A DNA stretch of 64,000 nucleotides from Veleropilina oligotropha (lineage: Eukaryota): contig JBEUKZ010000100.1 of assembly GCA_048128005.1 (NCBI GenBank), forward strand, positions 1 through 64,000, given 5' to 3'. The notes below the pieces were generated by a model, which did not search any database, was not told the origin of the DNA, and saw only the letters and a list, made by a program, of their open reading frames with translations. Shown piece after piece: positions 24,481 to 37,582 of the stretch (position 1 is its first letter; every line of letters starts with the position of its first letter). The translations under genes and the position numbers were made by a program.

Positions 24481-24989
24481 TTTTTGAAAAACTTAAAATA
24501 TTTCACCACTGACTATTCAGGTTTCCAAAACATACAATTTCCTTTAATTTTATATGAATCTCGTTATGATGTTGTGAATATAATTATGAAATTTATAACT
24601 TTTACAGTCGTCTGACATCACAGTATTTCCAACCTCTTATGACTTCTCTTTGTCGCACCCTCTCATAGACAACGGCGATTTATTAACCACTGTAGTCCAA
24701 ACACAGTGGCGGTGGGTGCTTTTCACATGATATTCCAGACTTCTCGTCCAGAAAATATTACATACGATGTGGCTATGCGTAAGGAAGGCACACATTAAAC
24801 CCAATGTCAAACAAATTCGGAAAATTATAAATATATGCAATGCATAAATATAATGGGCTTGCATATTAAACGAATAGTTGCTTTTAAATAAAATATACAT
24901 TATATTCATGATGTAAATAATGTATAATGTCATGCAGAATTGTCAACCATGTGACACTGATCAACAACATTAACACTATTCAGTGCATA

Positions 24990-25475
24990 CAACTCATTCC
25001 AGAAAACAGTGAATTGACAGCCAAATGACCATGCATGTATCTTATTCCAGAAAAGCATACCGAATTGACAGTCAAATAACATTGCAGCTCATTCCAGAAA
25101 GCATACCGAATTGACAGTCAAATGACATTGCAGCTCATTCCAGAAAACATACCGAATTGACAGCCTATCATCAACTAAATCAATAAGACATGTTAAAGAG
25201 ACAAACTGAATGGTCGCTCCCGTATCAGAGTGTGGACTCTGACTCGCTCGTATCACTATCTGTCTAATAGGAGTGGTTCCAACATCGGTTGGGTATTCTT
25301 TGTTCAGTTACCAGTCACATATGTCTATGCTGCCCGGAGAGGGCAGGGTTTACTTGGAGACCATTGCAAGCTTTCTTCCCGCGATAAAGCCTGGTTTCCA
25401 GAAAGTGTACCGAATTGACAGCCAAATGACCTACAGCGCATTCCAGGAAGTGTACCGAATTTACAGCCAAATGAC
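24990..25475. repeat. ~46-bp minisatellite interrupted by a SINE family 1 copy (~25205-25400)
   Basis: TTCCAGAAAGCATACCGAATTGACAG.CAAATGAC units on both sides of the SINE. Confidence 0.7.
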
Positions 25476-25619
25476 TATATTCGGTATGCTTTCTGGACTG
25501 ATTGAATTGAAGTTTAACAACCTCGCCGACAATATTTCAGTAAAAGGCCAAAATTACTAGTCTAAGAAATATCAGAAACAGTATTCACCTCTTACTAACG
25601 AAACATAAACAGTTATATA

Positions 25620-27760
25620 AATATAAATGTGTATATAAATATTTTTGTAATTATATTTTTTTTTAAAAGGACAGTTTTTAAAATATATTAGCATCCTTCA
25701 AAAAGCAAAAATGACATCAATTTTAAAATTACTAAATAGTTCTTGAAGTGATAATGCTCTAAAATATTTCTGACGTATTGGGTCTAAATCAACGCAGTGT
25801 TTGACTGTTAAGGTAAAAGCACAAGGAATGCACTGGCTCGCCGCCACGCAAGCAGGAGTAAGTGCATGTAAGGAATGCACTGGCTCGCCTCCACGCAAGC
25901 AGGAGTAAGTGCATGTAGTGAGATGTCCTCTTGACCAGACAGCGAATTGGTCTTCTTCACGGTGTACAGACCTGTACCAAGAAGAGGTCGGACATTCTGC
26001 AGTTTATTCCCCGTGCAATCATCCCAATAACGTTGCCGAGTAGTTTGAATGTACTTATTTATTTATATTGTTACAATGTATTTAAGATATTTTTTTATAA
26101 TTGCTTGACTACTTGTGTGGTGGAAGTATAGTTTTTTTGCTTGATTTAATTTTTACTTTGGTCTGATCCAATGATTGATTTTCATAGGATCGTTGGCAGA
26201 TGGCGGTTGTTTGTCCTTTGCCTGCCGAATAAGCTTAATTTTGGCTGCTGTTGCCCTTCGAACCTTGTCGGAGGCATCAGTCAGTTTCTGCATGACGTTA
26301 TCAGGATTGTCCCTTTGGTCATCTGATGGCTTGTCGTTCTCCATCATAGGATCAAAGCGATTATGCAGCTTTATAGGATCATCAGACCCTTTGGGCTGCT
26401 TCTCTGGCTTAATCGCTTTCTTTTTTAAGCTGCTGCCTTGGGTGTAGCAGTAGGCTCTTTTGTTGAGTTTTGATGAGTTGCTAGTTAGATAGTTTACAAG
26501 TTTGTGTGGACGATTCTGATGATGACGATTTGATTTGAGATGGCAAAGTTTCAAAAGATGTTGCACCAAATGGCCAGGTGATATCGGTTTGCACCGAAGA
26601 GGATCGAGTGATTGGTCTCTGTTCCGTTGCTGCAGCAATTTCAGCAAATGATCTACCCGAAGTGATCCTGGATTTCACCAGGTTCCTGACATCATGGAAA
26701 TAGATCCGGTCGATGGTTTTGACAATCTGGATGCCTTTCTCATGCTTCCACTTCGGGCAGTCCTTTGAATAAGCGCAATGACTCCCTTTGCAATTGCAGC
26801 AGACAGGCGATCCTTCCTCACTGCAACGAGCGCATGCATAGTTTCTCTTGCATCAGTCCGTATGATGCCAAAATGCCTGTCATTTGAAGCGTCTCAAGGG
26901 GTTCGATATATAGGGTTCCACAGGGATGTTGATGAAACCAGCTTTCACAGATTTTGGAAGCACTTGAATGCCAAGATGATGGTGTTGATGGGGACTTTTT
27001 TGTCATATTTGGACATGGTCAGGCATATAACTTTGGTCACACCATGACTCCTTATGCCTTCCGGCAGTTCTAGTTCACTGCATCCCTGCAGCTCCCTAGA
27101 TTTTATAACTCTCTTGGAGCTGTTCAAGGACCGATGTGGCTTGATTTCAACAGGAATGTTGACGTATTTGTTTGTTTCAAGGATATTCTCTGCATGGCTG
27201 TTCCTGGCGCATTCCACCTGTAATGTGCCATCTTGAAGTTTCTTGATGGGTCGAGGTTCGCCAGCCAGATCGAGGATGGCGAACGGATTCAAAGATGTAA
27301 TTTTGGTGTCATTTAGTGACTCGATCGTAAAACAACTAGGCCAACTTTCCGGTACAGAGGGTGGAGGATTAGTCTTATATGGAGCCTCTCTCTCAGGATC
27401 ATAGGCAATTGGTCACAAATTTAGCATCACGATTCATCATCAGAATCAGAGATTAAGTGTTGATGTTGTTTTTTATGTTTGTTTCTTGTCGACATGGTTT
27501 GTGTTGTTTGATTCATCACCCAAACTCCCCACCCACCAATGGAAGTCCTACAAGGGGATATTTAATGAGTGCAGATTTCCAGCACTCAAAGCCAGGGATA
27601 CAAGGTTGATGTACTCAAACAAGAAATGAATCTAGTGGTGGGAGTTGTTTTACCCACCATTCATTTCTCACTTGATTGACCCCAGCCACCGCCTTCTGGA
27701 ATAGGTATCCCTGGACTTGGCATGACAAGCCGATTGACTGAGCTGTATGGTCATATGGCA
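25620..27760 (-). mobile_element. Internally deleted I/Nimb-clade LINE (5' UTR, ORF1 pseudogene, ORF2 C-terminus only)
   Basis: ORF1 remnants IKKLQDGTLQVEC, PHRSLNSSKRVI, PYISNPLR and CCNCKGSHCAYSKDCPKW (zinc knuckles). ORF2 tail WDDCTGNKLQNVRP...CIPCAFTLTVKH...RQKYF. Endonuclease, RT and RNase H are absent. Confidence 0.8.
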
Positions 27761-27809
27761 TTATGAACTAAACCAATAAGACATGTTCAAAGGGACAAAA
27801 AGAAAGGTG

Positions 27810-27940
27810 GCTCCCACAGCAGAGAGTAGATACGAGTGTGGACTCTGTCTAATAAGAGTGATTCAAACATTGGTTGGGTATTCTTTGGTCAGTTACCAGT
27901 CACATGTCTATACTGCCTGGTGATAAAGCCTGGTTTCCAC
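27810..27940 (+). mobile_element. SINE family 1 copy (deleted)
   Basis: GAGTGTGGACTCTG...GGGTATTCTTTGGTCAGTTACCAGTCACA, parallel to 25228-25400. Confidence 0.65.
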
Positions 27941-29564
27941 ATGCACGACACCCGGCAATATAAAAACGTATTTCCATCTGCACGATTGCGTCAAAACAAA
28001 TAATTCTGTCTTTTTATTTGAATAATTTCATATACGTCCATCTCTCAGCATGCAAATATGGCTAATACACACCATGAGGTTGGTTATGTGAACAATAGGC
28101 CTCCTAGTGTTAATTGACCCATTGTTCGCAGACAAATAGTTAACTCGGCTAGCTGGCCAGACTAAATTGAGTGACAATAGATTTGACAACTTATCCATGG
28201 AATAATCAATTTGTCATAACACCTCATATCATGAGGGCGTTATGTTGGGAAATTGAAAGTTTCAAGGGGTGACAGCTAGCAATCTACAATAGATTTCCAC
28301 TGTGTGTATAACATATAATTCAGCTTCCACCACTCTGCGTTATAAACATAACAGCCTCGCTATCACTTGGCCTGTTATGTGTATATAATGCTCGGGTCGC
28401 AGTGTATTATCTGTTATTTAACGAAATGAACGAACAATCAGATGATGACTTGCCATTACTGAGCTTACTTAAGAAGAAGATGGTGGATCCATGATATATA
28501 TCGTTCTGTCAGATGAGGTGCATATGGAAACGGTCCTTCTCCTTCAGCATGAAAGTGGTATATGAACACCAGACTTAATATGAACATTTCCTGGTATGAA
28601 CAAAATGGATGCTAAAAACAAGATGTAAAGCATTGATCCAAATCAAATCTAAACCAAACCAACAGATCATTGCTGTGATCCCATGACACAGAAGATATGC
28701 AGCATGTAGCATTATACAGATCATTGCTGTGATCCCATGACACAGAAGATATGCAGCATGTAGCATTATACAGATGCTTTGAACTACTATAGTAACCATC
28801 AAATACGATACTTGAATTCTATTTATAGCAATGTTTTGATAGCAATTTATTTAAAATAAAATGAAATATAAGTAATATATCAGTACAAAAATATATCTGT
28901 AATATTTATTCAACAGAACCCTGTATCACAATTGGTACAAAATAAGTATATATTTGTATATAATAATATATATATGTTATATATGAAAATATATTTCCTT
29001 TGTAATACCGGGGGTACTACCATTTAAAATTATTTTGTTTTATAATTGCAAGTGGTGAAAATAAAATCTTGTAGAATATACTCTAGCTGCATAATTGCAA
29101 ACATTTTGCTAACTTCAAGACACAACTTAAAGGTAAAAAATACTGCAAAACCAATTTATTCAGGAAGGTAATATTTAGATTCTGACGTTATGACAAAAAT
29201 TGTAAAAATAAGATCTTGATTAATGCTTGGATTGCAATTAATACATGTACAATAATTAAAAGTAGAACAAAATTCAGATGCATTCAATATAAAGATTGTT
29301 TAATTATAATAACGAGACAAGGCACAATTCAATTGCAACATGACACATACCAGGAGGCAGAAGTAAAAAATATTAAATTTGCGCAACATTTGGTTTCAGT
29401 AAATGGTGATTAACTTTTAGCATATATACAAAGTCGAATAGCAGAAAAATACATGTGTTACAAAATTTGTGCAAACCAAGAATCTGAAAGAATTATATAT
29501 ATCGTTTTTATATACAAGAAAAGAATGGTGCGGTGATATAATTAATGTGTAATTAGGCTTAACG

Positions 29565-29715
29565 TTAATCAACTATGACATCGGGATTGTAAAATTCTAG
29601 ACCTTTATTTGTTCGTAATCCAAATGAGCCATCATACGTTCGCTCCCACGGTCTTTGGGGTACATCTATGTCAGAGTCCGAATGCTTGGATGCATTGCGG
29701 GTCCTCTTTCTATGT
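29565..29715 (-). CDS. VWD/EGF membrane protein, last coding exon (cytoplasmic tail)
   Basis: Acceptor TTTGCAG, phase 2. Encodes HRKRTRN...GLEFYNPDVIVD*. Minus-strand AATAAA at ~28905-28910. Confidence 0.85.
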
Positions 29716-29872
29716 CTGCAAAGGAAGGAGAAATCACGGTAAAATGTAGGCAAAATCCAGTTTGACGGCAACACTGAAGACAACATCAGTAGCGCACAGG
29801 GCAACAATTGCAGTTATAAATTGAATCAGAAAATGGCGGGCAAGGATATGATTTCATACTGTGTGTACATGT

Positions 29873-29950
29873 TAATAATAATAATAATAATAATGTGGAT
29901 ACTTATATTGCGCTTTTTCCATGCACGAATGCTTGCTCAAAGCGCTACAT
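29873..29950 (-). mobile_element. L2-type 3' tail fragment
   Basis: Minus strand ATGTAGCGCTTTGAGCA...GGAAAAAGCGCAATATAAG followed by (ATT)n. Same tail as 59741-59815. Confidence 0.65.
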
Positions 29951-30414
29951 GTTGGACATCAAACGATAAGAGCCGCGTTTGTCTTAAAACAAGATTTCAA
30001 ACATATTATTCACAATTTCAGAATAGCCATCAGTTACAAGCACAAGAAACTGTTTTCTTTCAATAAATAGCTATGCTCATATAATATATGGATATTTAAT
30101 ACTTTATGAAACATGATATCAAAATTTCCTCTTTCGACAGATTAATTGCAGAGAATCAAGATGTTAATTTGATTTTAACACCAAAATTTGTGTTTCGCTT
30201 TTATAGTAAGGAAAGGATAAATGTTCTCTGTTATGCAAGATTTAGGATAAGTTCTCACAAATGTTGCAAAATACATTTAAGGCGTTACAAGGTATTTTAA
30301 TTACATTAACACGGCTATGTTCTTTCGCATTAATGAAAGGTGTTATAACCCCAAAACTCATCCTTTTCCAAAAGTTGTTTTCTACAGTGTACATTGTTGA
30401 CAGCGGCCACTTAC

Positions 30415-30547
30415 TTGTAGATGAGGTACGCTGAGATGCTGATGACCAGGATCAGGATGACCCCGGCGATGACCGAGGAGATGATGACGGCCATCATGAG
30501 GCTCATCACGTCGCCCGTGGTGCCGGCGCCGCCGACGCAGCCCGCCA
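30415..30547 (-). CDS. VWD/EGF membrane protein exon (transmembrane helix)
   Basis: TTGCAG/GTAAGT, 133 nt, phase 1 to 2. LMMAVIISSVIAGVILILVISISAYLIY is followed by basic residues. Confidence 0.9.
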
Positions 30548-31013
30548 CTGCAAGGAGACACCGATAACAGGCGTCAACAAAGCTGAATGCGTGAAACACT
30601 ACATTGGTCTGTAGCAGAGATTAATCACAACAAAGGTATGGTGTCTGCCATAAGACTTGATCTGATTTGGAAGACTACGACAACCATATCGTCGTATTGT
30701 AGTGGTGACCTTTTGTTTAACGTGAATGTCCAGCATTAATTAATAAATGTAAATCATGCTTGACATATCATGCCACAGATAAGTGAAACGAGAAATAAAT
30801 AAGGAATCAACTATATTATCCGAGATCGCATAATGCTGTCTTATCCACAATTATGCCCACCACACAATGGTAGTGTTTACCTAACCGCAAATCATGGTGC
30901 CAACACAGTGTCATGTGTCACCAGAATGATTTGACTTTTCATGGTTAATTAATACATGCAACCTTCATTAGTATAATTTGCAATAATAGATAATAAACAT
31001 GCGTTGACCATAC

Positions 31014-31131
31014 CTAGTGTTGGCGACCACTGTGTTTTGGACTTTTGCGGCTGACAGGTGAAGCATTGGGAATCCGTGGGGTGAGTAGCACCATTCGCAT
31101 AACAGACGCCTCCCATGGTACAGGAGTCAGC
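31014..31131 (-). CDS. VWD/EGF membrane protein exon (Cys-rich)
   Basis: TTGCAG/GTATGG, 118 nt, phase 0 to 1. ADSCTMGGVCYANG...CFTCQP...QWS. Confidence 0.9.
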
Positions 31132-31505
31132 CTGCAAGAAACCCACACATGAAATACAAAATGCAAGTGAATAAATCACATAATTATTATGCTGCTGATG
31201 AAAAATATATTAACCTTTGACTGCCAAAATATCCATATTATTAAGCAAGGAATGCAATTAATGTTTGGTGTATCACACTGATAAGTAATATTGTCAAGGT
31301 GAACTCACTTTCGAGTCAATCACGCTACATTGCACTTCAAAAGCAGTCCCATTTTCAAATCATGCAAGATCTCTATCCAATATATGTATTTTAGTAATGC
31401 CTAATTTCGACTCATAAGTATCAATATGAACAAACTTTGCTGAAGAAATCATTAGACGAATAGCTATGTAAAACTAGATGAGCATGCAAACTGTGGTTCA
31501 CGTAC

Positions 31506-31736
31506 GTTTATTTTGCAGGTGGTATTTTCTGCGTTGATGGTGCACTGGCTGCATGTTGGATTGTAGGTCACACGCAGTGCCGGTGATGCACTGACAGTGG
31601 TGCCGTCGTTGCTGATACGCACCAAGTAGGTATTGTTATCCGGCAGCGGACATGTCACCTGGAACCGGGACTGGAACGTCCCGCCCACAGTCATGGCTGG
31701 GGTCTCACCATCGTTAATCACGCCCGTCTCATCAAC
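31506..31736 (-). CDS. VWD/EGF membrane protein exon
   Basis: CCTCAG/GTACGT, 231 nt, phase 0 to 0. VTCPLP...VRISNDG...YNPTCSQC. Confidence 0.9.
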
Positions 31737-31825
31737 CTGAGGAATCAAACTAAGTCCAATTAAATTCATGATACAAAACTAAGCATTTAAGAATTTCTTC
31801 TTAATATAAGTTATGAATATATATA

Positions 31826-32845
31826 CTGTAAATCAAGAAAATTTCACGAGCAATTAAAGTTTGCGTATTTCGCGTGTCGCTCAATACGCAAAATTAAAAA
31901 TCTCGCAAAATTATATCACTAATATACGAAATATTATCAGATTGATATAAGTATACTATCTATCTTTAACACACAAACAAAATGGTAAGATTCAGCATAT
32001 ATTTAATGCAATTAAAGTGTAATTCGCCTCAAAATATATATAAATTATGTGATATAGATACCCTACTTCAAATGGAACAAAATGCAGCTTTAGTAAGCAA
32101 GGAAATTTAAAATTTTAATCCGATCTAGCGATTTCCTTGCTGGACGCCATTGCTAAAGTACCCGGATGGACCATAAATTTATCTGTTGGTTTATCATTGT
32201 CGTAAATTTGCGATTACCAAACAAATGTTACTTATGCGATTAAATACTAGTACTAGTAAACACTTTAAGTATTAATCCTATTTTGGCCTATACAATGAAA
32301 AACAAAAGTTGTATAAAAATAACATTTACATTATAAATATTTATGTAGTCCCAAAATATATTGCCAGTCTGCATTTCCGTCAATCAATAGGTTTCTTTAT
32401 GCAACACGTGCTATTGTCTAATTAATTAATCATATCAGTCCGCATCTATACATTAATCCCGTCATCTCGTTAAAAGTTATTACATGTAAAAGAGCATCTA
32501 CCAGTTTTTTGAGTTACTTGTTTCTGTCGTTAATTGATCTGGCGATGTGTTGTCGTAGGCGGTAATCCGATTCATGTGTGCAATTGAATGGGGACTCCTC
32601 GAGTAGCCCGCACCTATTGTTTCGGAATATAGGTGTTAATTGGTGCAGGCGATGCTATTACAAATTTAACAATAGGGGATTAAGGTATAGCCAGACTCAG
32701 ATAAGTTGGGTTTTCTAGTGGTAAAATGTATGTTGAAAAATACAAGTTCTCGTACTAGGATATATGCAAAATTAAAGCTACGCGAATTGTTCACATAGTT
32801 AATATTCGCGAAATTAAGTATTCGCGAATATTAGTTGATTTACAG
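31826..32845. mobile_element. Non-autonomous DNA transposon with TA TSD (Tc1/mariner-like)
   Basis: TA|CTGTAAATCAA ... TTGATTTACAG|TA, with subterminal CGCGAA motifs. Confidence 0.75.
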
Positions 32846-33026
32846 TATTAGATTTTAAATAACGAAATTTAAGTATTATAACAGAACAATGCAATGCACA
32901 CTGTTGTATGTTATATATGATTTCTTTCTACGCCATGAGTAGATAATCATTTGTCAAGACATGTCTATATTTTATCATAAATGGGCGCCTGCATGTCAAG
33001 ATTATGATAGCCAAGAGACAACATGC

Positions 33027-33217
33027 CTGCACTTCAGTGAGATGACATAAGATGCTTCCTGTGTCTGCAAATTTATCACCGTAGACGGAAAACTGCGTGC
33101 AGGATGAAGTGGACACGTCACAGAGAGAGTCGCTGATGTCCGCGATGACCTCCGGCGGCTCCGACTTCAAGATGGAGCAATCCTCGCCCACGTGCAATGA
33201 ATCACACGAACACACCT
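33027..33217 (-). CDS. VWD/EGF membrane protein exon (second half of EGF-like domain)
   Basis: TTCTAG acceptor, phase 1. VCSCDSLHVGEDCS...LCDVSTSSC...VYGDKF...CHL. The donor is either CAG|GCATGT (exon end 33027) or GAA|GTGCAG (33033); both are phase 0. Confidence 0.85.
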
Positions 33218-33639
33218 CTAGAATAGAGGACAAAGACAATTTACAGGCAAGATTTACTTATTAAATATTAACCTATGACTGGGTGAGAGACAATGTTTCC
33301 TTACTGGTGAATCGACACTTCTGTAACTAGAAATATGTTCCCCGGAACATGGATATGCTCCGGGATGAAGACACCGGATGCCGCACTTTGCCAATAGCTT
33401 TATGGCTATCAAACACGTATTTAAATCTTTAAACAAGGTAATTATTAACAACCACTCCAACCATTGTTCAGTCATATTATACTCAGGCACCCTGTTTAAC
33501 ATCTCTATACCACATGATTTTATCTATCCTAAATGTTGTACAATGTCATATCACGAAGGATGTTGGTGGCACACAGGAACTCCACTCATTGGACAAACCT
33601 GTGAGTGAATTGATGCGCATTGAATTGAGCAAGTCATAT

Positions 33640-33995
33640 TCGTCCAATTGTCCAAGAACACCAACTTCAGGCATTAATTATATTAAATTCCATTCAACAT
33701 CAGTGCCAGAGTATCAGCAGGCATGCATGTGCATTACCAATGCACATGTATGCAAAGAAGAGCCTTAAGCAACACATATGTGACCATTGAAAAACTTTAA
33801 CCGAAAACTTTAACCAAAATTTCTATGTCCACAAACACCAATTTCAGGCATTATTTATTTTAAATTCCATTCAATATCAGTGTTAGAGTATCAGGTGACA
33901 TCCATATAACCATTATCAATGCATATTTTAGAAAATAAGAGCATTGAGCAACCCATATGCGCCCAATAAAAAACATTAACCAAAACTTTACCCAA
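33640..33995. repeat. ~180-bp tandem repeat family, also at 63585-64000
   Basis: Shared AACTTTAACCAAAATTT.TATGTCCACAAACA motif. Confidence 0.65.
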
Positions 33996-34079
33996 TTACT
34001 AGTATTCAACTTTCACTTGAGGTTAGGACTTTTTATCGTAGTTCTCTCTGTAAGTGTTAACATATGGATAGTTACGTAC

Positions 34080-34263
34080 CTCGTACGCAGGTTCCTTGAC
34101 CACGGCAGTCGTTGATGCACAGATTATCCAGGACGAGTACCGGCAGCACCGGCGTGTTACCAGACGGCGGGAGGAACTTCGTCATATTACGTAGCATTTC
34201 AGTGCTGCATTCCTCTTGAAGTGAATCCAGAGCCACTCGTATCCACGACAACGAACCAGTACG
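34080..34263 (-). CDS. VWD/EGF membrane protein exon (first half of EGF-like domain)
   Basis: CCTGTAG/GTACGT, 184 nt, phase 0 to 1. Ends LCINDCRGQGTCVR. Confidence 0.9.
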
Positions 34264-34376
34264 CTACAGGAAGAGAATAATTTGCAAAACATGTTATTGC
34301 TACTTATAGGAGATTGCCCCCACTCATATTATTGACCTCAAGAGATCGTTGTATTAAATCACTCCACATTGTAACA

Positions 34377-35265
34377 ACTAGACTCTCAGTCACGAGTGAC
34401 CGCATATGTATCCCCCGGTAATGACCTGTCTAGAGCGATCACAACGAATATGCTTTAAAATCCAAGATGGAGGCCACAGCGGCCATCTTGGAGGCCGGAC
34501 CACACCCAAAATCTATAGGTGTTGTGTCCCCCACCTAAATCAATGCACATACCAAATTTGAAAACATTCCGTTAAGAAATGACCTGTATAGAGCAATCAC
34601 GAAGAATCTCTCGACGGCGGCCATTTTGGAGGTCGGACCACACCCGAGATCCATAAATGTAGTGTCCTCACCCAAACCAATACACATACCAAATTTGAAA
34701 ACATTCCGTTAACAAATGACCTGTCTAGAGCGATCACAAGCAATTATGGTGGCCGTGGCGGCCATCTTGGAGGTAGGTCCACACACAAAATCTATAATTG
34801 TCATGTTCTCACCCCAACCAATGCACATACCAAATTTGAAAACATTCCGTTAAGAAATGGCCTGTCTAGAACGATCACAAGGAATTATGCTTTAAAATTC
34901 AAGATGGAGGCAACAGCCGCCATCTTGGAGGTCGGACCACACCCAATATTTATAGGTGTCGTGTCCTCACCACAACCAATGCACATACCAAATTTGATAA
35001 CATTGCCTTAAGAAATGGCCTGTCTAGAACGATCACAAGGAAATATGCTTAAAATTCAAGATGGTGGCCATCTTGGAGGGTGGACCACACCCAAAATCTA
35101 TAGATGTCGTGTCTTCGCCCCAACCAATGCACATACCAAATTTGAAAACATTCCGTTAAGAAACGGCTTGCCTAGAGCGATCACGAGGAATCTCTCGGCG
35201 GATGCGGCGTAACTGACGCTAAACCATAGTATTCCCCGACACTTTCGTTTCGGGGGGATACAATT
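34377..35265 (-). mobile_element. Complete Helentron-type element with internal ~140-165-bp tandem repeats
   Basis: Minus-strand 5' TTGTATCCCCCCGAAACGAAAGTGTCGGGGAATAC hairpin. 3' CGGGGGATAC plus hairpin GGTCACTCGTGACT plus CTAGTT. Sister copy at 50961-51707. Confidence 0.75.
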
Positions 35266-35885
35266 AGCAAGTTATATGCTAACTAGCAAATCCTTGACGC
35301 TGCAAGTCAAGGGGGTATATCCCCTCTCACGGCAGCCAATCTTAAATCCGAAAAAGACAAATCTCGTTATGCATTATTTCTTCATTATTACACTGTACTA
35401 ATGTGCCTATCAAATTTGAATGAAATCAGATAAGAACTGTTCACTGTAGACCATCCACAAGAAATCTCTCAAAATCGATAGTCATTGTGTCCTCATTATA
35501 CTAAAAGTGTAAATAGAAATTTGAATCATATCAGATATTAAAGAAATGAAAATTTCTTCAAGCAATCCAGAAACGACGAAGATCGCAGATGGCGTGTTCT
35601 CATCATAACTAACGTGCATATCAAATTTTGAATCAAACCGGACTTCACTGACTAAGACATTTATGCCCATAGAATATATACCTAACCATAAATTACCAAC
35701 ATTTCAAGGCATTTCTTTATTTAGAAGAGGGTAATATATACCTATTTAATTTTGTATGCATGTGTAACATGTTTGCACAAAGAGATTTCTTTCATATCCA
35801 TAACCACTTCATACATATATCTCTATTTACGGAAATAGTTCATTATGGTATTATTGTTTATATCAAATATATTGGACTCACTCAC

Positions 35886-36047
35886 CCCGACATCCTCGAT
35901 ACAGTTAGCAATTTCAGCCGACAAATCGGCACTCAAGATATTCTCAGCCTGACACGTCTTGACGGTGCCAGAGTCCTGTAAGCTGTCCGTGCAGATGCGG
36001 GTGGCCTCGTCCAGAGTTATGCCGGTAAACGTCGGCCACGAGACGAC
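35886..36047 (-). CDS. VWD/EGF membrane protein exon
   Basis: TTGCAG/GTGAGT, 162 nt, phase 0 to 0. SWPTFTGITLDEATRIC...ANCIEDV. Confidence 0.92.
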
Positions 36048-36352
36048 CTGCAAACAAAGGTAGGAGACGGTAGAATATATGAAATTAAATAAAATGTATG
36101 TAAATAATTGTGAAAAGAGGTACAGTAATGAGTAATTATCCACAACACACAGGGTGTAACATGATGTGGTCATGCATTAATACATAAAAGAACAAAAAAG
36201 ACTACTTTTATTTTTGTCATAATGCAAACAATGTGGCATTAGTTAAATAATATGATATACAATAGTTTAGCAATGAGCTGATATTTAATTGCAAGCTTCC
36301 ACAATTGTTCATATTTGTTTCAAAATGGTACATAAAAAACGTGGCTCCTTAC

Positions 36353-36486
36353 ATCTGGAGGAATGCTATCAGGATCGTAGACAAATGCGCCGCTGTTTGT
36401 GGTTGCTTGGCGCTTGCGTCGTCTGCCAGCCACTGCAGCCTGTTCAGCGACGGCCGCCGTTATCAGTTCCTGCGTCACGTCTTCGC
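36353..36486 (-). CDS. VWD/EGF membrane protein exon (furin-type RRRKR site)
   Basis: TTTTAG/GTAAGG, 134 nt, phase 1 to 0. Confidence 0.88.
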
Positions 36487-36634
36487 CTAAAATATAATAT
36501 CTTTTTGAGAAACAGTACTTTCCGTATTGCATGGGACATTACTATGGACATAAAAATAGCTTTCAGTGCGTTACCAATTGTTTCACAATTATTACAGCAT
36601 GTTAATCCAGGTCACGTTGGCATGTGTCAACACA

Positions 36635-37010
36635 GATAGCCGACTGAACAGGAGTGAACTGACTGCTCTGTCAATTAAGCAGGAGTGGGTACGAATCCTT
36701 GGTGGAATATTCTTTGTTGACTGCTCTGTCAATTAAGGAGTGGGTACGAATCCATGGTGGGATATTCTTTGCTGACGGCCCTGTCAATTACGAAGGAGTG
36801 GTGGGATATTCTTTGCTGACGGCCCTGTCAATTACGAAGGAGTGGTGGGATATTCTTTGCTGACGGCCCTGTCAATTACGAAGGAGTGGTGGGATATTCT
36901 TTGCTGACGGCCCTGTCAATTACGAAGGAGTGGTGGGATATTCTTTGTTCAGTTAAGAGTCGCAGATGTCTATAACTGGCCAGTGATGATGGGTTTTCCA
37001 GGCGACCAAG
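36635..37010 (+). mobile_element. SINE family 1 copy with internal 44-bp tandem amplification
   Basis: GACGGCCCTGTCAATTACGAAGGAGTGGTGGGATATTCTTTGCT x4 plus two longer units, then exit into TTCTTTGTTCAGTTAAGAGTCGCAG. Confidence 0.7.
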
Positions 37011-37582
37011 CTTAGGATTCGATTACTGACTCGACCACCGGGGTGGTCTTCATCATCAGAATGACATGTAGCCGGTGGTAATACATGGAATTCCAGCCAA
37101 GCTTGCGATGCCATAACAACGTGTGTAGCATTCCTTCCTCTTTTCCATGTGTACGTTTGTCCTCAATGACTACATACATACACTGTCTCATACATCTATA
37201 TATATATATATATATATTTATACTGGTCTCCTGAGAATGTCTGTTATAGCTTGTTCGCTAGTGAGGCAACCAAATGATATAATTAGAAATATATACAAGA
37301 ATAGCAAGATCCGATATAAAGGGCCACAAATGTATATATACACATATAACAGTCTATCTGGCAAGTGTGGTGATACTGCACACTTTGAAACAATTTTCTT
37401 CCAAAATTAAAAGTCATGGCTACGACGAAAGCAAAACTGAAATTATTAAAACTGTATGTGTTTGTTTCCATAATGTGTGAAATTCCCCATAGCAGCACGG
37501 CCAATCTATATGTACATCCCTTGGCTGCTTTTGTTACGCCATATGTTTATTCAAAGATACACAAATATTTAAAAAATACTAC

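Noticed and set aside
37025..37065. Penelope-type minimal hammerhead ribozyme on the minus strand (CTGATGATGAAGACCACCCCGGTGGTCGAG)
   Set aside because: A stem follows CTGATGA, but the required GAAA is GAGT and no closing stems were found. At best a dead relic.
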